Positions 61,729-64,000 of a stretch of 64,000 nt of DNA are shown piece after piece; within the stretch, counting starts at the first letter, position 1, and every line of letters begins with the position of its first letter. The DNA lies in assembly GCA_000004985.1 (NCBI GenBank), contig GG738907.1; one strand, written 5' to 3'. Source of the DNA: Naegleria gruberi (Eukaryota). Under the pieces are notes generated by a model. That model made no database searches and was not told the origin of the DNA. It worked only from the letters and a program-made list of their open reading frames with translations. The position numbers and the translations under genes are program-made.

Positions 61729-62228
61729 ACTTGGGATCGGGAACTGGATTTATTGGAATTTTATTAATGATCAAAGGAGCAACTGTTCACTTTACTGATC
61801 GTCAAGTATTAATTCCACTCATTGAAAAGAATATCGATTTAAATTGTAAGATTGTTGAACAGGAACAAGAAGATAATGATATTGATGAAAAAGCTCCAAT
61901 TTTAGCAAATCAATTTAAATGTTTTGAGTATTTATGGGGTGAACCAAATGAAATTGTGGAAAATACTGAATATGATTTTGTAATTGGATGTGATTGTATT
62001 TATGAATCAAAAGATATGTGGATGCCACTCTCAAAAGCATTACATGAACAGTTGGCAAGATCAAAGAATATTATTCTAGCTCATGAATTGAGAAGTCAAA
62101 AAGATTTCTCCTTCTGGCCTCATATTCAAGAAACATTTGAAGTTGAAAGAGTACCTACAGAATTATTGGACGAATTTTGGAGATGTGAAGCAATAAGAAT
62201 ATTCTATTTGACATTTAAATCAAATTGA
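61729..62228 (+). CDS. METTL21-type methyltransferase, exon 3
   Basis: After a 44-nt intron (acceptor ..atcaaaag) it encodes (D)LGSGTGFIGILLMIKGATVHFTD (SAM-binding motif I), ...DFVIGCDCIYE (motif DxxY) to the stop. The total CDS is 675 nt (224 aa). The ORF-track M is a TTG. Confidence 0.8.
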
Positions 62229-62576
62229 AGTGATTTTTAATCTTCTCCCTATAAATGAAATCTTTCCACAAATATTTAGTCTTTTTGATTTCGAAATTTG
62301 AATTTTTAACATGGAGAGTTTTGTAACTTTCCTAAGTAACTAGCCCAAATTTGTGTGTTTGAATTTAACAATGAGTTGAGACTAGTACTGAATAAAAATT
62401 TCCAATCCACACAAACCACTTCATGGAACTTATTTCATCGGTGATAAATGGGATAATTGTCTAATTGTCAATAAAATTTTAAATTCTGGATATTTCAAAT
62501 AAATTAGACATAAAATATCCAATGTTTTTAAAGAATTTGAAAGTTAGTGCCAAGATTGAATACTTTTATTAAGGGG

Positions 62577-63407
62577 TTAACATCTTTGACTACACTTATT
62601 GAGTGGTGATTTTGAATCATGGAATAGGAAATGCATGGTTGAGAAGATGGAAAGTGCACTTTCGTTTTTCATGCATTCCTCTGAACAAAAGTTTTTACAA
62701 AAGAGAGCTGGGACGAAAGGTCCTTCCCATTGACCAAGTGGCCAACACTTTTGGAAATGATGAGTAAAGAATAAAATAGCAGAGACAAAACCATCATTAC
62801 CATACATTGGAACAACTGGCAAGAGAGTCAAACTACTCTTTGTCATTGTCGGATGATTCAGTAAATTGAGCCCATAATGCCTTCCCATCCCCGTTAGACA
62901 AGATCCTTTCGTATAGGATTTTTGTTGAGCTTGTGTTTCTGTGAGTGGAATCTCAACAGGTCTTTGACTATTTGGTGCTAAAATCAAACGATCACCAATT
63001 AAACCTCCAGAATGATCAAAAGCTCCAGAACATGCAAAGGAGGGATCACGAGTTGCAATTTCAATTTGATATTCTTGGTGTCCAACTTTGTGCCAGTACA
63101 ATTCTTGAGTGTTTTCATGAATTCTTGCTCCAAAACCAGATAATTGACCTGCTTTGGTGTAATAGACAACAACTCGATCATTGATAAAGCCATAGCCGAG
63201 ACCAGGGACGCATGCACCGTTATCAGTTTCGATTGGTTTAGACCACTTGGATGTGTACATGGCAGTTGTCAAATTCAATGGAATAGGACTCTTACTGAAG
63301 AAGGTGTGTTGCAAACGATCACCCAATCCAATAAATGAACCAGATGATTGTTCTGAAAGTACAACAGAAACAATCAAGACGAATATCAGAAGAATCACCT
63401 TGCACAT
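62577..63407 (-). CDS. secreted cysteine-containing hypothetical protein
   Basis: ATG at 63407 in aaaaaaaATG context. Signal peptide MCKVILLIFVLIVSVVLS. 276 aa with about 14 Cys. No family recognised. Confidence 0.55.
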   Translation of the reverse strand: MCKVILLIFVLIVSVVLSEQSSGSFIGLGDRLQHTFFSKSPIPLNLTTAMYTSKWSKPIETDNGACVPGLGYGFINDRVVVYYTKAGQLSGFGARIHENTQELYWHKVGHQEYQIEIATRDPSFACSGAFDHSGGLIGDRLILAPNSQRPVEIPLTETQAQQKSYTKGSCLTGMGRHYGLNLLNHPTMTKSSLTLLPVVPMYGNDGFVSAILFFTHHFQKCWPLGQWEGPFVPALFCKNFCSEECMKNESALSIFSTMHFLFHDSKSPLNKCSQRC

Positions 63408-64000
63408 TTTTTTCAATAAGATAACGATTCTCAAAATGAGTAGGTCCAAAATAGAACCAGGAGTTGAAGTGACAGTCCTTCCTCTGGATGTTTCACATTC
63501 GATTATTACAAAAAATTTGTAAACTAACTTGGTTGTCTATTACAAAGAGTTTAAACATTTACTTTACAATTTATTTAATTATCTAACCCACAACCATCCC
63601 ATCAAAACACCATTTATAGGCATTGGGTTGTAACAACGGTAGTAATAAACACCAGTTCCTTACCATGAGGTTTTCCATCATAGGAACCACATTGAGAATG
63701 TGTTGGTGGGATAGAAATATTTAAATGCTAATGTAATTAAACATTTATTGTAAATATAAAACAAATAAATAATTAACAACATAAAGTTGTGTTCAATTGT
63801 TGATCCAAATGACAAAAATCTATAAGTGCTAGTATATTGTACAGTTGAGCTTCACCCTTTTTGTCGTATAAAAGTAACTCTCATAAAATTCAACACCTTT
63901 GGTACTGACACATGGACACAGAATGAACAATCAACGAACGATTTATCTTTACATACTGTTGCCACTTCCGTAGTAAAATTACGAGAAATTGGTTCTATAC

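Noticed and set aside
1-64000. CRISPR arrays, operons, restriction-modification or other prokaryotic defence or biosynthetic systems
   Set aside because: The sequence is eukaryotic, with introns, poly-Asn proteins, tRNA A and B boxes, and eukaryote-specific genes such as eIF6, ELP2 and G-alpha. I found no regularly spaced short repeats and no colinear same-strand gene blocks with prokaryotic features.

Overview
This window is eukaryotic nuclear DNA, not prokaryotic. It is about 78% AT. ORFs are full of Asn/Gln/Ser/Thr homopolymer tracts encoded by AAT/CAA/ACT repeats. Start codons sit in aaaaaATG context, and genes are interrupted by short AT-rich GT..AG introns. All of this is typical of a dictyostelid social amoeba (Dictyostelium-like) chromosome arm.

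I can support about 30 protein-coding genes on both strands:
- a roughly 3,350-aa multi-ASH/PapD-like-repeat protein
- a Sec14/CRAL-TRIO protein
- molybdenum cofactor sulfurase
- a G-alpha subunit
- eIF6
- a Dbl-homology RhoGEF
- a cytochrome P450
- a PLAC8 protein
- an LRRC51-like LRR protein
- Elongator ELP2
- a uL11-family ribosomal protein
- a CHP/calcineurin-B-like EF-hand protein
- a C2-domain protein
- an M14-like metallopeptidase-fold protein
- a Ras-family GTPase
- a METTL21-like methyltransferase
- several low-complexity hypothetical proteins

There are also two tRNA-Trp(CCA) loci in inverted orientation (one of them defective) and three N-gaps. I found no CRISPR array, operon or prokaryotic defence system, and no convincing intact transposon.

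The most notable observations are:
- At least seven places where one gene is split into two overlapping ORFs in different frames with no room for an intron. The G-alpha case is resolved to a single homopolymer base. This pattern suggests indel errors in the assembly, or pseudogenes.
- One N-gap is flanked by near-identical unmerged contig ends.
- Introns as short as 42-57 nt are supported repeatedly.
- Two ORF-free, GC-richer intergenic blocks, one of which carries a pair of about 120-bp direct repeats.

The supplied ORF track uses bacterial start codons (TTG/GTG are shown as M), so several of its starts are not real ATGs. I re-derived starts and splice sites by hand where I could. All product names come from motif recognition by eye and were not confirmed by database searches.
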